Source: Hormiphora californensis
Lineage: Eukaryota > Animalia > Ctenophora
Direction of reading: 5' to 3'
DNA length: 64,000 nucleotides
Assembly (NCBI GenBank): GCA_020137815.1
Contig: CM035351.1
Span: forward strand, 6,324,001 to 6,388,000
Part shown: positions 49,787-63,037 of the stretch, piece after piece
Layout of the letters: every line of letters starts with the position of its first letter
How positions within the stretch are numbered: the first letter of the stretch is position 1
Notes under the pieces: generated by a model
Told to the model about the DNA's origin: nothing
The model's input: only the letters and a program-made list of their open reading frames with translations
The model's database searches: none
Made by a program: the position numbers and the translations under genes

Positions 49787-52700
49787 ATGGCAAAGAAGAA
49801 GGAAAAGAGTGCAGCAAAGGAGGAGGTGACCCCAGTTCAGGATGGAGAACCAGAAGAAGCAGAAACTGGGGATGACCAATCTCCTGAGGCTTACACTCTA
49901 ACAGGGGATTTTACGGCCGATTTGAATGAAATCTTCAAACGGTCTGCAGTGGATCCCATTCCTGTGCGACAGCGAGGTGTGGTTATCGGAGGTGAGTTTC
50001 GGGTCATTTTATTTCTAACAAATATCGTTTTCTTGATTCTATTTAGATGCTATTCATTTGGTATATCAGATAAAGTAACAACATTCCTTATCCAGGTCCA
50101 GATGTGTCCGATAATGGGCCGGTAACGTACATCACAGTGGACAAGATGACAAGTTTACGGCCTGCCCTTGAAGTTGAACCTGACGATGAAAACAAATCCT
50201 CGATAAAGGGTCTTTTCATTAAGGGGTGGAGGGTCGAAGTTCCTCTGCTCACATGCTTTTCATTTTGTGTCCCTGCTAGCCTTACCACCCTGAGGTACAA
50301 ATAACGCTGATTCAAAAAAGCATGAACATATTTTTCTAAATATTGCGCTACTAAGTTGTTAAAATGCTGTTTAGCTTGTGGCGATGTGGCTTGGACAGGG
50401 AAACTCTAGAAGCACTGCTACCACTACTGTCAAAGGCGCCAGTCAAAACTCTCATTCTCGATGACAATCCTGATTGCTGCTGGTGAGAATCATCCTATTA
50501 CTTTTAGTACAGTCGACCGATGCACCCCAATCTACTGTAACCCAATTTATCAGACCCCTGATTTACCGAACCCCCGATATAGAGGGTTAGAAATCACGTT
50601 TCACCCCGGCACAACGTGCTGTTAGCTGTTACCAGTTGGGGTCCAACCGTTTCCAGTTCGGGTAGAACACTTTTTCGAATCTTTCAGCGTTCTCTTTCAG
50701 CACATTTCCACATCCTGTTAACGGAAGAGTGTTCCATTTCGAACCTCTCGCTGAGGGGTAATGGGATAACCTGTGAAAATATGCCCCTTTTCTGCTCTGC
50801 TTTAACTCAAAACAAATCCATCATCAAACTGTCTCTACATAACAATAAAATCAGTGACGAAGGCGTCATCACTTTGGCAAAGGTAAACACTTTTATTTCA
50901 ATAATATTCATTTTGCCTTGTTCGATCCTGTCTCAGGGTCTCAAATGTAAAGGAGGGTTTCTTTCTTTCAATGTTTTAAACCTGGTTCATTTCACTTTTC
51001 AGAGTTTACGGCTGAACAGAACGCTGTTGACTCTGAACCTGAGTAATAACAACATAACGGATAAGGGAACTAAAGCAATATCAGAGGTCCTTACTGCCCT
51101 AACCTTGTCTCATGAAGAGGTTGTTGCTAGGAGGAAACTGGTGTCTGAAAGCAAAGCTGCTACATCTGTTGACGAGGTAGAATTTTTCTAAAAGAGGATT
51201 AAAATTTCATTAGATATCAATATCAATGTAAAATACCAGTCTTCCCTGGTGTACTACCTATATGTACTATGTACTATGTACAATGTGACTGAGCATGATA
51301 GCAACTTGATTGCATGCTAGATTTACACACTTTCCCTCTTCTAGCCGCCCACTACTCCGGGAGGTCGAGTGAAGGAGCGTCCCGGTAGTAACAGCCGATC
51401 AGGGTGAGTAGACAGCCAACAAGGGGCCTCGCTAAAATGAATACCCTAGTTGGTATCTAGGTAGTAGGTACTTCTCTCTTGGATGATGCATGTTTTGAAA
51501 AGACCCTTTTCAACAATTATATCCTCTCAGGTCCCACACTGCTCTTGATAAAAAGGGGAAGGGTGGAGCCAGTGGTAAAGCAGGGAAGAAACAGGACAAG
51601 ATCGAAAAACCGTCCGCAAAAGATGGCCGTAAATCTGACATGGGAAATAAAGGGTCCAAGGAGGACAAACGAAAAGGTAAATGACTCTCCATTACCGAAT
51701 TTACCACATAATAAAAAAATAAATAGACTTATGCCGCCCTTGCCTCACAGGGACAGGGTAGCATCATAGCTTACCCTGACACTGAGAGGTTACATCCCTC
51801 ATCTCACCCTCACTCACCTCACTCTCTAACTCACCTCACCCTCACCCTCACTCACCTCACCCTCACCTCACCCTTATAACACTCACCTCACTCTCTCAGG
51901 AGGGACAAGCAACAGTTCACTACCACAGACAGGTCAGCACGCCATATAAACCATAGCAAGGTAGAAATATATATGTAGTTCAACTATCATAACAGTCGCC
52001 TAATAATACCCATTACTCCACCAATCACAGTCAATTTATACCCTTGTAATTCGTTATTATTCAACCGCCCTGTATAATTCCCACGGCTCATGTCCTTACC
52101 CCTGAGGTTCCCGATTAGGAACCACGGATAGTAAGAGCAAGTCGAAGACCAAGGGACCGGCAGGTAAAAAGTACCAAGAGGAAAAAGAACAAGAGGTGAG
52201 TGTTTTAACCCTTAAATTCATTGTTGCCCACTGCTACCACAACCTACCCCCGTCCCCCTTCTTAATTGTTGCTAAACTTTAACCCCCAAGACACCGCAGC
52301 CAGAGACGGTTGAGTTCCAGAACCCGTTGATCGAAGGTAACCTGTCAGAGACTGATGGAAAAATAGTTGTGCCAGGAAACTACGCTCTGACGTGTGTAAC
52401 CTAAATAGTAAGTGAAGAACACCCATAATTCCAATTTACATTATATATCTGCTTGAGAATATGAGACATGTCCCCTCACTTTTAGCTACTCTATTACTTG
52501 TTCAGGTAACAAGATTGGAAATAGTGGTTTAACATATCTCTACAAGGCCTTGCACTACCAAGATAACGTTACCATGAGACGTGGAGTCAAGGGTCTTCTC
52601 AGGCTGACTATCAAGGTACAATGTAGTACTGTCAGGCCAATGCTCTGATAGTTGTAGTAGGAAATGAGGATAAAAACAGAAAATAATGTTTAGGGTTAAG

Positions 52701-52903
52701 AGAGAAAGTGTATTTGCATTCATTTTCAGAATAACCAGCTGGATTTGTCTACTAAGCACTATGTAGACCTCATGGATCTGATGATGCGACGAGACCCATT
52801 CTACGAACATCCCCTGTTGGAAGAGGACAATAGCAACGCCACTGCTGCAACGGTAACGCGCCGTGTCACTCCTCCAAATGTGTTCGCGCGGTATCCCGGG
52901 TAA
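49787..52903 (+). CDS. LRRC71: Leucine-rich repeat-containing protein 71-like, multi-exon (last exon uncertain)
   Basis: LRPALEVE..SIKGLFIKGWRVE..SLWRCGL, LSLRGNGI, LSLHNNKISDEG, LRLNRTLLTLNLSNNNITDKG..VL..LSHEEVVARRKL, a Lys/Gly-rich linker, then VPGNYAL. This order matches LRRC71. Confidence 0.85.
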
Positions 52904-53300
52904 CTGTGCCGCGCGCACTTCATCACCCACACCAGTTGGATATTGCGCGGGATGGATCTGAGTTGTGTTACGGCGCCCTACGTAAAGTCGTAAAGTTTGG
53001 AACATATTTAGACAGCGAGGTGGCACACGCATGTGGTTCAATCCTGACTTATCTCCCTCTCCAGTGATACGATTGGAACAACACGATAAGGTGACAGATG
53101 ATTCGATGAGAGGAAATACAGAGGGACACGAAGAGAGACACATTTTATAAGAGACAGTCGAAGGAGTGAAAGAATTGATTTTGTACATAAAATTACATAT
53201 TTACTTTCCTCTCCCCTGTAACCACAGTCTATGGAAGTGTTAAATTTACAGAGCTGACTATCAAGACAAATGTTCTAGTCCATCCAGGGTAAAATATTGT

Positions 53301-56300
53301 TTATTGTCCTGAGCTGCACTTGGAGCCGTGTGTGAATTTCGAGGGTGGGGTTCCAGATACAACGAAGGAAGAGGGAGATCGAGGGACGTGATAGGGTGGA
53401 TTCCGGAGTGTTTGAGAGGGCGGATGGTGGCTGAAGTTATCGATTCGTGGGGTTATTGGTCGCATTCCTTCCGCTATCTTAATCAGATTCTCAACACCTC
53501 GAAATATATTGTGCGGTGAGAGAGGGTCACATAAAACAGAAAATAAAGGCATAACATACATGTGATTGTCGGGACAAACACATTTTGATTGTCCCACCTT
53601 GTGGTGTTAGTGCCTCTGTACTGAAGGGTATATCGTGTAGGACCGGTTCTGCGTACATGTATCCCGGTCTAATTACCTGAATTATATTTCAGTTACTATC
53701 AATACTAACAATCAATACTAATCAATGCTAATGGAAACTTTGGAAACTGCTCGTTATGTTCTAATTTCTAAATTTGTAAAAGAGGGCCAGGGCACGGTGA
53801 AACAGGGTCGAACAAGGCTAGAAGCTGCCGTCAGGACTGTTCCTAATAGCAGGTTCTAGATACGAGACAAATTCCCATGTGAAATATATTGAAAGTATAG
53901 GGCTGTGTGTAATTTTCAGCACTCCAGATGGGAACTTGCAGGAAACTTGCGTGAGGAACCTGGTATGTACCAGGTTCCACTTTGCAAGTTGACCCTTGGG
54001 GAAAAAAACAAATAACTTACTAGAAGTTAAACTTACTGTTCGTTGTCTGTGAATTTTGAGTGTCTTGGGTGGACTGGCCGGGTTTCGTGGCTCAACAGCC
54101 AGTATTCTGTGCTGACAGTCTGTAGGTACTGAAAACGGGTCACCGTCCTTCCCAGCAGGCATTGTGGGGGAAGCAACATTGTATTTCGCCATCAACGGTT
54201 TTAACATCCTGAGAATATAATCAATTAGAAGTGGATTCAACATCACATAGACTATCATTAAATTGCATGTGGTAAAAGGTGATCTCATTCCCTCTTACAG
54301 AGAGGTTACATAATATGCAAAAGAAGGAAGTTTTGATTTGCTCACAGCATTTTCCTCCCTCTCTTTCCTCTCTTTATGTTTTCTCTCTCTCTCATACACA
54401 CCGTCGTATTTATACAAAGAGATTATTATCTTTTCCTAGAGCCCTGTACACATTTGCTTCGTACTGTTTGAGCTTGTGCTGTTGTACCATCGGCCCAATG
54501 TGTTAGGTGTAGAATGAATGCATGTTAAGGGTACGCTAACCAAAATTTTTTTTCGAGTGCAGGGAAATCTCTCACCGTAGGGTTGTAGGCCATGCCAAGG
54601 AGACCTCAAATATGCAATTTGAGCTCTCAAGTCGAATTCATATTTTTGCTACAGCTGCTTGAAAAATGAACTCAAAATAAGTTTTTGGCATCTTAAAAAT
54701 ACATTTGTAAACATAGGATCATAAAAATTTGTGGATTTGAAGAGGACAAAGAGGTGAGTAGCCACAAAATTTTTTTTCGAAATCCGAGCTGATTTTCGGT
54801 CCTGAGATGGATTTCTTTTTTTTTACTTTAACGCCATATTTGGCCAAGTTCCGAAAATATGTGAAAGCTGTAAATTGGTCAAAAGTTGCGTCTAACGATT
54901 ATCTAAGTGGCCATAAATTTTGGGCGTGTCCTTATTTAAGATAAGCTGTACAGAGTTTTTTTTCTGAAAGCCGTCATTTCAGAAATAAATAAATTCCCTG
55001 TATCTCAAAAACGGCTGATCGTAGAGACCTGAGACTATGCTTAAACGATTCAGAAGGTCCGATTTTGGGGGGGTCTTCTGAGAGACATTTTGCTCTTACT
55101 TCAACCGTTTTTGCTGTAATTGCGAAAAACAAATTCTATGAAAAGGGCAAAAGCTAAACTCCAATATCCTGTAATTAGGGAATTTTAGCTAAGGAAGGAC
55201 CGAAACTATGAAAAAATATGTAACAAGCTAATTCCTTCACTATTTGGTCCATATGGGTCCCTATAATCACCAAAAACAAAATCACAAAAAATCCACGATG
55301 GCGAAGATGGGTTTTTGTTTTTCGCAATTACAGCAAAAACGGTTGAAGTAGGAGCAAAATGTCTCTCAGAAGACCCCCCTAAAATCGGACCTTCTGAATC
55401 GTTTAAGCATAGTCTCAGGTCTCTACGATCAGCCGTTTTTGAGATACAGGGAATTTATTTATTTCTGAAATGACGACTTTCAGAAAAATAACTCTGTACA
55501 GCTTATCTTAAATAAGGACACGCCCAAAATTTATGGCCACTTAGATAATCGTTAGACGCAACTTTTGACCAATTTACAGCTTTCACATATTTTCGGAACT
55601 TGGCCAAATATGGCGTTAAAGTCAAAAAAAAGAAATCCATCTCAGGACCGAAAATCAGCTCGGATTTCAAAAAAAAATTTTGTGGCTACTCACCTCTTTG
55701 TCCTCTTCAAATCCACAAATTTTTATGATCCTATGTTTACAAATGTATTTTTAAGATGCCAAAAACTTATTTTCAGTTCATATTTCAAGCAGCTGTAGCA
55801 AAAATATGAATTCGACTTGAGAGCTCAAATTGCATATTTGAGGTCTCCTTGGCATGGCCTACAACCCTACGGTAAGAGATTTCCCTGCACTCGAAAAAAA
55901 ATTTTGGTTAGCGTACCCTTAATTCTCGATATAGAAAGACCCGGTAAAATATCATGTACCTACATAAAGACTAGTTTTCATAATCTGTTCGCATGTAGGA
56001 ATTAAACGCAATACAAGTGCGACTATGCTTCGGACAAAAAACTTTTTGAAAATTCCCTAAAAGAGTGTTGAAACCGGTTTATCCTTACTGACTGGTAAGG
56101 GGAAAGACCCATTTTTACATAGTATCATATTTCTTTCCTTTCTTTTATTATCATTTTGTGTACAGACTAGCAGTTTGGGTCGCCTGACACTGTGTATGAA
56201 CAATTCAACTAGCAGTATACATTTTGGCTTTTTACTTAGCATAATTTTCATCATCATGATATGACTTCCCTCTTCAAAATAGTAGCCATGACAACCCCGC

Positions 56301-57135
56301 CTGTATTGGTGACACTCCAAGCCAAGGGGGATGATGAACTAATTGAAGTACCAAGTGACATCCTGACGGATAGAAGCGCTATATTTACACAGCTCATCAC
56401 TGTGGACAACATGACGGAATTTGACGTGACGGAATTTGATGCAGAGGTGGTCAGGACAGTTATTGGGGGAGGCGAGATTACTCGTGATAATTTCCAACCA
56501 GTCAACAAAATGTGTATAGCGTTCTGGTTTGTGGAGCGTCAGGGGGAGTGCACAGAGTTTTATAAAGCCATGTGTGCTGCTCTTACTGATGATGTCACTG
56601 CCAGTTTCGTGGAATCCCAGTTCCTAGTTGACCTAGCTGGGTATGTGATGAAGGAGGCGTGGGGAAGCAGGAATCAGCTCCTCGACCCTCTCAAAGAGAG
56701 GATGGATGTGCTGCCCCTGCTCAGACGGGCCCTGTTAGAAGACTACATGGAGCATCACGAGACACGCGACTGGGTTGTAGCTGAACTAATGGCTTGTCTC
56801 GTGACTGGAGATGATGTTGTCCAACTGTATACCTGGCTGTCTGACCAACTACGGGAGAAGAGGGGCACTCAGATGACCATGAGCCAAAGAAGTCTTGTGA
56901 GAGTGGAAACATTGGCGCTGTGTATTAGGGTGAGCCCAGCCACCTCCGATCTCCTTATGGCAGCAATAGCGGGAGATGAGGCGTGCGATAGTGACCTTAG
57001 GTTTGCTCTAGCTCAGATGAGTAAGGCTACTAAGTACAACACAGAATTAGCTGCTGCTCAGGCTGCTCAGGCTGCTGCTGAGGCCGCTGCCGCTGCTGAG
57101 GCCGCTGCTGAGGCTGCTACCGCTGCTCCTGTACT

Positions 57136-57168
<33 letters not shown>

Positions 57169-58596
57169 ACCTGCTCCTGCTCGTCGTCATGTACCCATTG
57201 AACGTCAACTAAGAAAAATTTAAAGATGATAGAGTAGTGGGACATTTCAATATCGATTCACACATTCACTGTCGGTAGCCATGGTACCGCAAGGCTGGAC
57301 AATATTTTCAAGTACATGTGTATGTACATAATATTTTTGAGTAATTCATTTTGAAAACCGAAAATATCTGAAGTTGCAAGAGTTTGTATGAGGTTGTCTA
57401 AAGAATTTTTAATTTCGTTTAAATAATACTGTTTTGCCGTTCCAATTGTGGACTAATGCTGATCAATAAAACCGCAATATACTGGTTCTCAAGTCTCAAT
57501 AACCCCGATATAACAGACGGAAAATTCTCCTTCAGTCATATTCTTTCATTGAAACCTTTGATATACATCAAACAAGCATGGCGAGGTTTTACAGTTCGGA
57601 GTACCATAGAGAAATCATATTTGAAATCACATACACCGTCAACGGTCAAAAGGCGATCAGATATAACACCACACTAAACCATACTAACCTATCAAATTCA
57701 GCAGTGAGCTCCCTGAACGACATTGGCTGTCTCTCCTCTCGTCGCATTGACCGCCGGGGGCTTTCAACTGGTCTATAACAGTAGATGATAGTGTTTAAAA
57801 CATTCCCTGTTTTTTGCTTTTACACTGCAGAGCAAGCATGATCATTACAGTTAAAATACTTGAGTCTGACTGTAAATAAACCTGAGCGGTGACGGCGAGG
57901 GTGTCTCTCTGGCTGTGTCTTCAGGTATAGCATCCTTTAAATCACTCGTCCTGATTTAACAATTTAGTATATCATTTGTTCACAATGGGCTGAGATATGT
58001 TCCCATGATATGCATGCTAACCTGAGTGTAGCGGGTGAAGCGCTGCTTGGCCTACACTGTATCTCTGGAGTGGGTGATTGATCAGTGACCGGTGTGAAAG
58101 AACCTTCCTCCGGAAGTTTATCATCCTCCTCATCCACTGCATCCACTGCTGAGTCATGTTCCTCTACTGCAGAGTCGTGTTCCTCTACTGCTGAGTCGTG
58201 TTCCTCGTGAGGTATCTCGATCTGAGTATACACGAGAGAACGTGTTACATGTTTGGATTGGCCTGCTTGACGAATTATCATTGTATAGCACGATACGATT
58301 ATACACGATGCTGACCGCGTACCGGTTCTAAAACAATTTCAGGAGTGATATGACCGCCTCCTGATTCTTCAGGTATTGCAGTGTCTGTCTCGGGTGTAAC
58401 AACTTTAGTAACATTCGATTCTCCCCCATTAAAAACATCTGAAAATAGCGGTCTGATGTATCAAGCTTGTTCAACTATAATTAATGTATACTCATTAAGC
58501 AGTTAGTAAGAAAGGAAGGATGCTCTCACCATTTCCGTTAGGCGTCTTTTCTATGGGAACAACTATACCACCCGAACTCTCATTCGTATCGGGCAT
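53301..58596 (-). CDS. Uncharacterised acidic/Pro-Ser-rich, probably disordered protein, multi-exon
   Basis: Phase-compatible GT-AG exons: MPDTNESSGG... (58596), DVFNGGE..., IEIPHEEHDSAV..., TSDLKDAIPE..., PVESPRR...AEFD|R MLKPLMAKYN... (54210), VIRPGYMYAEP... and GVENLIKIAEG...GQ*. No family recognised. Confidence 0.6.
54529..55918. mobile_element. 1.4-kb foldback element with ~600-bp TIRs and TTAA TSD (Kolobok-like, purine-starting ends)
   Basis: TTAA|GGGTACGCTAACCAAAATT...AATTTTGGTTAGCGTACCC|TTAA. Confidence 0.88.
56261..57223 (+). CDS. Intronless protein with a divergent BTB/POZ-like N-terminus and an Ala/Pro-rich tail
   Basis: 320-aa open frame. VTLQAKGD..IEVPSDILTDRSAIFTQLI..FDVTEFDAEVVRTVI..ITRDN fits the BTB pattern. 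The start may be at 56288. Confidence 0.65.
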
Positions 58597-60264
58597 CCTA
58601 AAATCTGAGAGGGATACAATCATTTTACTAATGTAGTTGTTAAATGACACCATCCATGACAGACGATCGCGGGTTCAAACATCTGTCCTGTGGTTTAAAT
58701 TTGAGACTTAATAAATGATAATTGAAGCTATCAAAAAGTGTGTGCTGAGCCCTCGCCTTCCCAGTCCCCCTTATTCGGACGATTTTATTAAAAGAAGAAG
58801 TCACGGATTTATTATTTAATCTCTACTGCATTTGGAGACACGGAGGTCTATGGACTACTTAACATAGTATCAGTCATCACCGTGTAAGGGAAATTTGATT
58901 TCTCGAAATCTGTTTAAAACCGTCTAAAAGCTTTCAATCTGGGCGCGATTATAATCTTGCAGCCTGTTTCTAGGTGCCCAAGTCAAAATTGTTGAAAAAG
59001 TGCTGGCAATGGAAAATTGGGGATCACATTGACAGGGTGCTGGCTCGTCCCCAGGGTGCTGGCTCGTGGCAATGGGGAGGCAATGAGAAAATTTCTCATT
59101 GCTCCATATTGCTGCCAGCACCTGCGCTCTGGGAGCTAATAAGAACCTAATCAGGGCTAATTAGTTATTAGAACGCCGAAAAAGAGAGTAAACACCAGTA
59201 AACAGGTTAGAGAGAGCATCAGATCACTTGTCAACGTTCCGTAACGTGACAAGACAGAGAAATACCGCTCTATGTGAGGGGCAACTTTTCCTTAAATGGC
59301 GTATGCACTACCAAAAGAGTAGACTTACACCGACTTTTTGAAACGGCTATTAGCCACGCAACCACATGACCAATTTGAGTAATCTAAACGGTATCTGATA
59401 GACAATCGATATCACTAACCGATAACTTCAAACTAAAACTGATAACTAGACCCTAACGAGTAGCCCTAACCCGTATCGACCGCCAAAATCGATGAAATGT
59501 TAGCAATTGAAGGCACCCAGATATTTGGGAAATGCTACTGACCTATTGGGTAGCGCGGGATAAGATAGCGCTTTTCGGGCGCCGTTACTATCTGGGTGTC
59601 TGCTGGCCTATTTACAGGTGCACGCTGCCAAAAAAGTACCGTGTGCGGCAAAAAAAGCCCCCCCCCTAGACCACCATAGTTGCCGATGTGGTGGAGAGCT
59701 GTAACTTGGCAGGGTTGCTCCACTATGTCTATCTTGATCCTGACAGAAAAATCAGAGCTCTAGCTCAAAATTCATTTTTTTGATAGGAATGAACATTGTC
59801 ATTCATTCCAAGAAAAAAATATTTTCGGTCCCCTACGGCCTGTACTAAAATGGCTCTAACCACCAAACCACTCAACCATTTTGGCTAATCCAAAGTTTAT
59901 CCGATAGGAAATGTCATGCTCTAACCTCAACCCAAACCCCAGCGCTAACCCTAAAAAACCGTGAGTGCTGACACTTCAAACACCCAGATTTTACATTTTG
60001 GCCGCTTTTTTCAACCCAGATTTTAATTTTGTGCTTGCAAGATTGGATCTTGATCTTCAACGCGCGCTCGAAAATGCAGCGTTTGTCTTCGACAATTTTC
60101 GCCGCTGCCATTTACGCGCTCTTTTAGCGTTGTAAAAATCAAATCACGATTGTCCGAGCTGAATCACTCTGCAGAGCTCTGTGCGTTTTTGGTAAAAATT
60201 TGCAAGATCAGAAAAAAATCGTTCTTAGAGCTGAGTGTCCTGTGTCTCCTGTTAACTCTGTCAA

Positions 60265-62793
60265 ATGAAGTAAGTATAACACAATTAGATGTAGATGAAG
60301 CAAGCCTGGGTATGAGGTTAGTCCAACCAGCGTTTTCATATCGGGCTGACCGCTGAGACCTGAGCGCTGAGACCTGGAGTTTCAAACTTTTCAACACTTC
60401 TTTTAACAAATTAATTTGTTTAAAGCAAATGTTTATGTAAGAGCCCAAGAGGGCAGCAAGAAAATGGGAAGCTCCGACAATGAAGAATAAACGCGGATCT
60501 ACCTGCAAGGAACAGATGTAGAAGAGGAAAACATCCGATACTGTAAATGTAATGTAAATTATGCACTTAATATCCCACTCAATAGTGAATATATACCCAG
60601 AAAAATGGTGCGAACGCACTCTCTAAAAAAACTGTCAAGAACGAACCGTGGAGTGGGTAAGCGAGATACTGACGCTAACCGGTGGGTTCCGGGTTCGGTG
60701 AAATTGACCCGAGCCGAGTGCAGTGCGGACAGCAGACATGGGACGTATGGGATGATCTAAAAGTTCCCTCCAGGAACAAACTGAATGCATTGAACAAGCC
60801 AGTGCTTCTAGACCTTGTGGAGGGTTCATGCCGTATTTTGATAGAACAGACCTTCCCAATTACTGAACAGTTGTCTACGGTGGGTTACGAAACCCTGAAG
60901 ACTGAACAGTTAGAGAAAGAGCTCAAAATGCAGAGTAAAGAGTTAATCAAAACCCAAAGAGACCTTGTAGCGGCACAAGAGGAACTACTGAAGATCCAGA
61001 GGCAGTTACTTGAGAAGAGGGAGGTGCACTCAACGGCACAGCAAGATATGAAGAGCTTTGCATCCGTTTTGGAGAAGGAATGTGCTTCGGCCCTGACTCC
61101 TCGGAGGACCGAGGGTGTAACATCATCATCCATGGATTGGAAGAGTTGAAAGACTATGTGAATGGGATGTGAATGGTGATGAGCTTGAAACTCAAATTAA
61201 GTCTCTTGGCACTGTTAGAGAAGCCCGATCACTAACAAAACCACTAACAAAACCACTAACAAATTCTAATGAGGGGGATGGATTGGATATGTGATACGAT
61301 TCTGAGACTCCTTATTAGCAGTGGGATACAATAAGGGATATGAACCATGTGATTCGTGGAAGCTTATTAGCAGAAGGAGACGATAAGAGATATGAGACAC
61401 GATTCGGGAAAGTTTATCGCTTTCCATCCTTATGACCCTATCCCTGTGTTGCTCTGTCTTTATCTCTCTTTCTCTCTCATTAGTCTCTCATTAGTCTCAA
61501 TTCCCTCTCATTTTCTCTGAGGAAGAAAGAGAGATATGGAGAAAGAGAGATGTACCCATAACTTTTTACCGAGATAGAAAGACAGTTCAGCTCTATGGAA
61601 ATGGGTTTTGCCGCTTTCCCAGCAGATTCTTTCTTTCTTTCCAATGACAGTTCGGAACTATTAGTTCCCCTCATTGTGCTGTGTGTGTCTAGAGAGAGGG
61701 TGTGAGGAGTACATATATTAATTATCTGTTGTTGTAGTACTTATTTAGTAAACTTGTAAGTATCTCTAGTAATCCCAGTATACAAGTTTAATATTAATAA
61801 TAATCATCCCGTCAGTTATTATCGAGGTAGAGGCGGCCCAATGCCACCCCGGGGGCCCAGACCATCGGGACCACGACAACCTGGATACGGAGGGTAAGTC
61901 TTATCTTATCAATTGATTAGGATTGCCATGACTTAAATAATGTAAGTGAACCCTTTTTATTACTTGAGCCAGGCGCTTTCGGGTACAGAGTGAGGTACTG
62001 CAATGTAACTAAAACCCCTTTTTATCCTTGTTTTTCCTCGCAGACCACCTCTACCTCCAGACATGATTTACAAATCCTTTGATCCTATGGAGGTACGTTG
62101 TGTTCTCTGGCACGTTTTGGGTGGGAAATTTTGGTAGGAAGCGCCGTTATCATTTAATTTCATCTTCAAAAAGACGCTTTGGGATGAAACGTGCCAGAGT
62201 AACACAGTGTTTTGAGCGACAGGTATACGCGATGTAATTTAATTGTCCTTGTTTTTAATAAAATGGGCTCACCTTCGGATTCTGTCTCAGTGTAAGCACC
62301 TTTTCCAACGAGTCAACCCAGAAAAATCAGATGCAGAGTTATCTCAAGCCATCCTGAGTAAAAATCAAGAGCTAACTCCTTCCCCCGAGGAACTTTCAAA
62401 ACTTCAAGAACAGGTGTGTATAATTCACACTATAAATGGTGATATACAGTCAGACCCTGATTTACCGGGATGGTCATTGCTCGGGGAACTGGGGGTATAT
62501 CGGGGGTCAAATCCTATAACGGGGGAAATTTATCTTTCCGGTAAATTGCGGTTCCGGTAAATCGGGGTCCGAATGTATTATATACAATGATCAATGTTTA
62601 TTATCATGATTATTTACTTATAATGGATTTCATTCCAAGGACAATAAATAAGCGAAATCATATTTGCCATGTCGTTATATTTCTCACTTAGTTGAAATAA
62701 TGATTCACACTCCCACTCTGCTTTCCTAGGTAGCTAAACTTACCAGTGTGGTTGACAACTTGGTCGTTAGTCCAGAACCTGAGATTGATATCG
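60265..62793 (+). CDS. ILF2: Interleukin enhancer-binding factor 2 (NF45), 5' part; continues beyond the last visible exon
   Basis: M-N|YYRGRGGP..., KSFDPME, CKHLFQRVNPEKSDAELSQAILSKNQELTPS and VAKLTSVVDNLVVSP parallel human ILF2 (PFDFYLCEMAFPRVKP..EALLKRNQDLAP..VIDNLIVAP). The first micro-exon ATGAA|gtaagt is inferred. Confidence 0.85.
60376..61220 (+). pseudogene. Degraded SL-leader-bearing ORF1-like retrocopy, probably within ILF2 intron 1
   Basis: GGAGTTTCAAACTTTTCAACACTTCTTTTAACAAATTAATTTG at 60376-60418. The downstream ORF EQLEKELK...MKSFASVLEKECASAL, then frameshifted NIIIHGLEE, is homologous to 39271-40236. Confidence 0.75.
62447..62575. mobile_element. Tc1/mariner(pogo)-type MITE with CAGT ends and TA TSD
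   Basis: TA|CAGTCAGACCCTGATTTACCGG...CCGGTAAATCGGGGTCCGAATG|TA. Confidence 0.75.
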
Positions 62794-62865
62794 GTGAGTA
62801 TAGGAAACATTATTCAACAAGTAGGGGATCATCAGAAATTCGTGCAGTATCATCATATGATATTA

Positions 62866-63037
62866 CAGTCGGACCCCGATTTAACGGCACCCTCGGGGGA
62901 AAGGGTTTTGTCCGTTAAATCGGGGTGTCCGCTAAATCGGGGTCAAATACTGTTGATTTTCTATATCGGGGGATGATTTTGCTGCCGTTAAATCGGGGTG
63001 CCGCTAAATCGGGGGCCGTTAAATCGGGGTCCGACTG
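62866..63037. mobile_element. Tc1/mariner(pogo)-type MITE with TA TSD
   Basis: TA|CAGTCGGACCCCGATTTAACGG...CCGTTAAATCGGGGTCCGACTG|TA. Confidence 0.85.
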
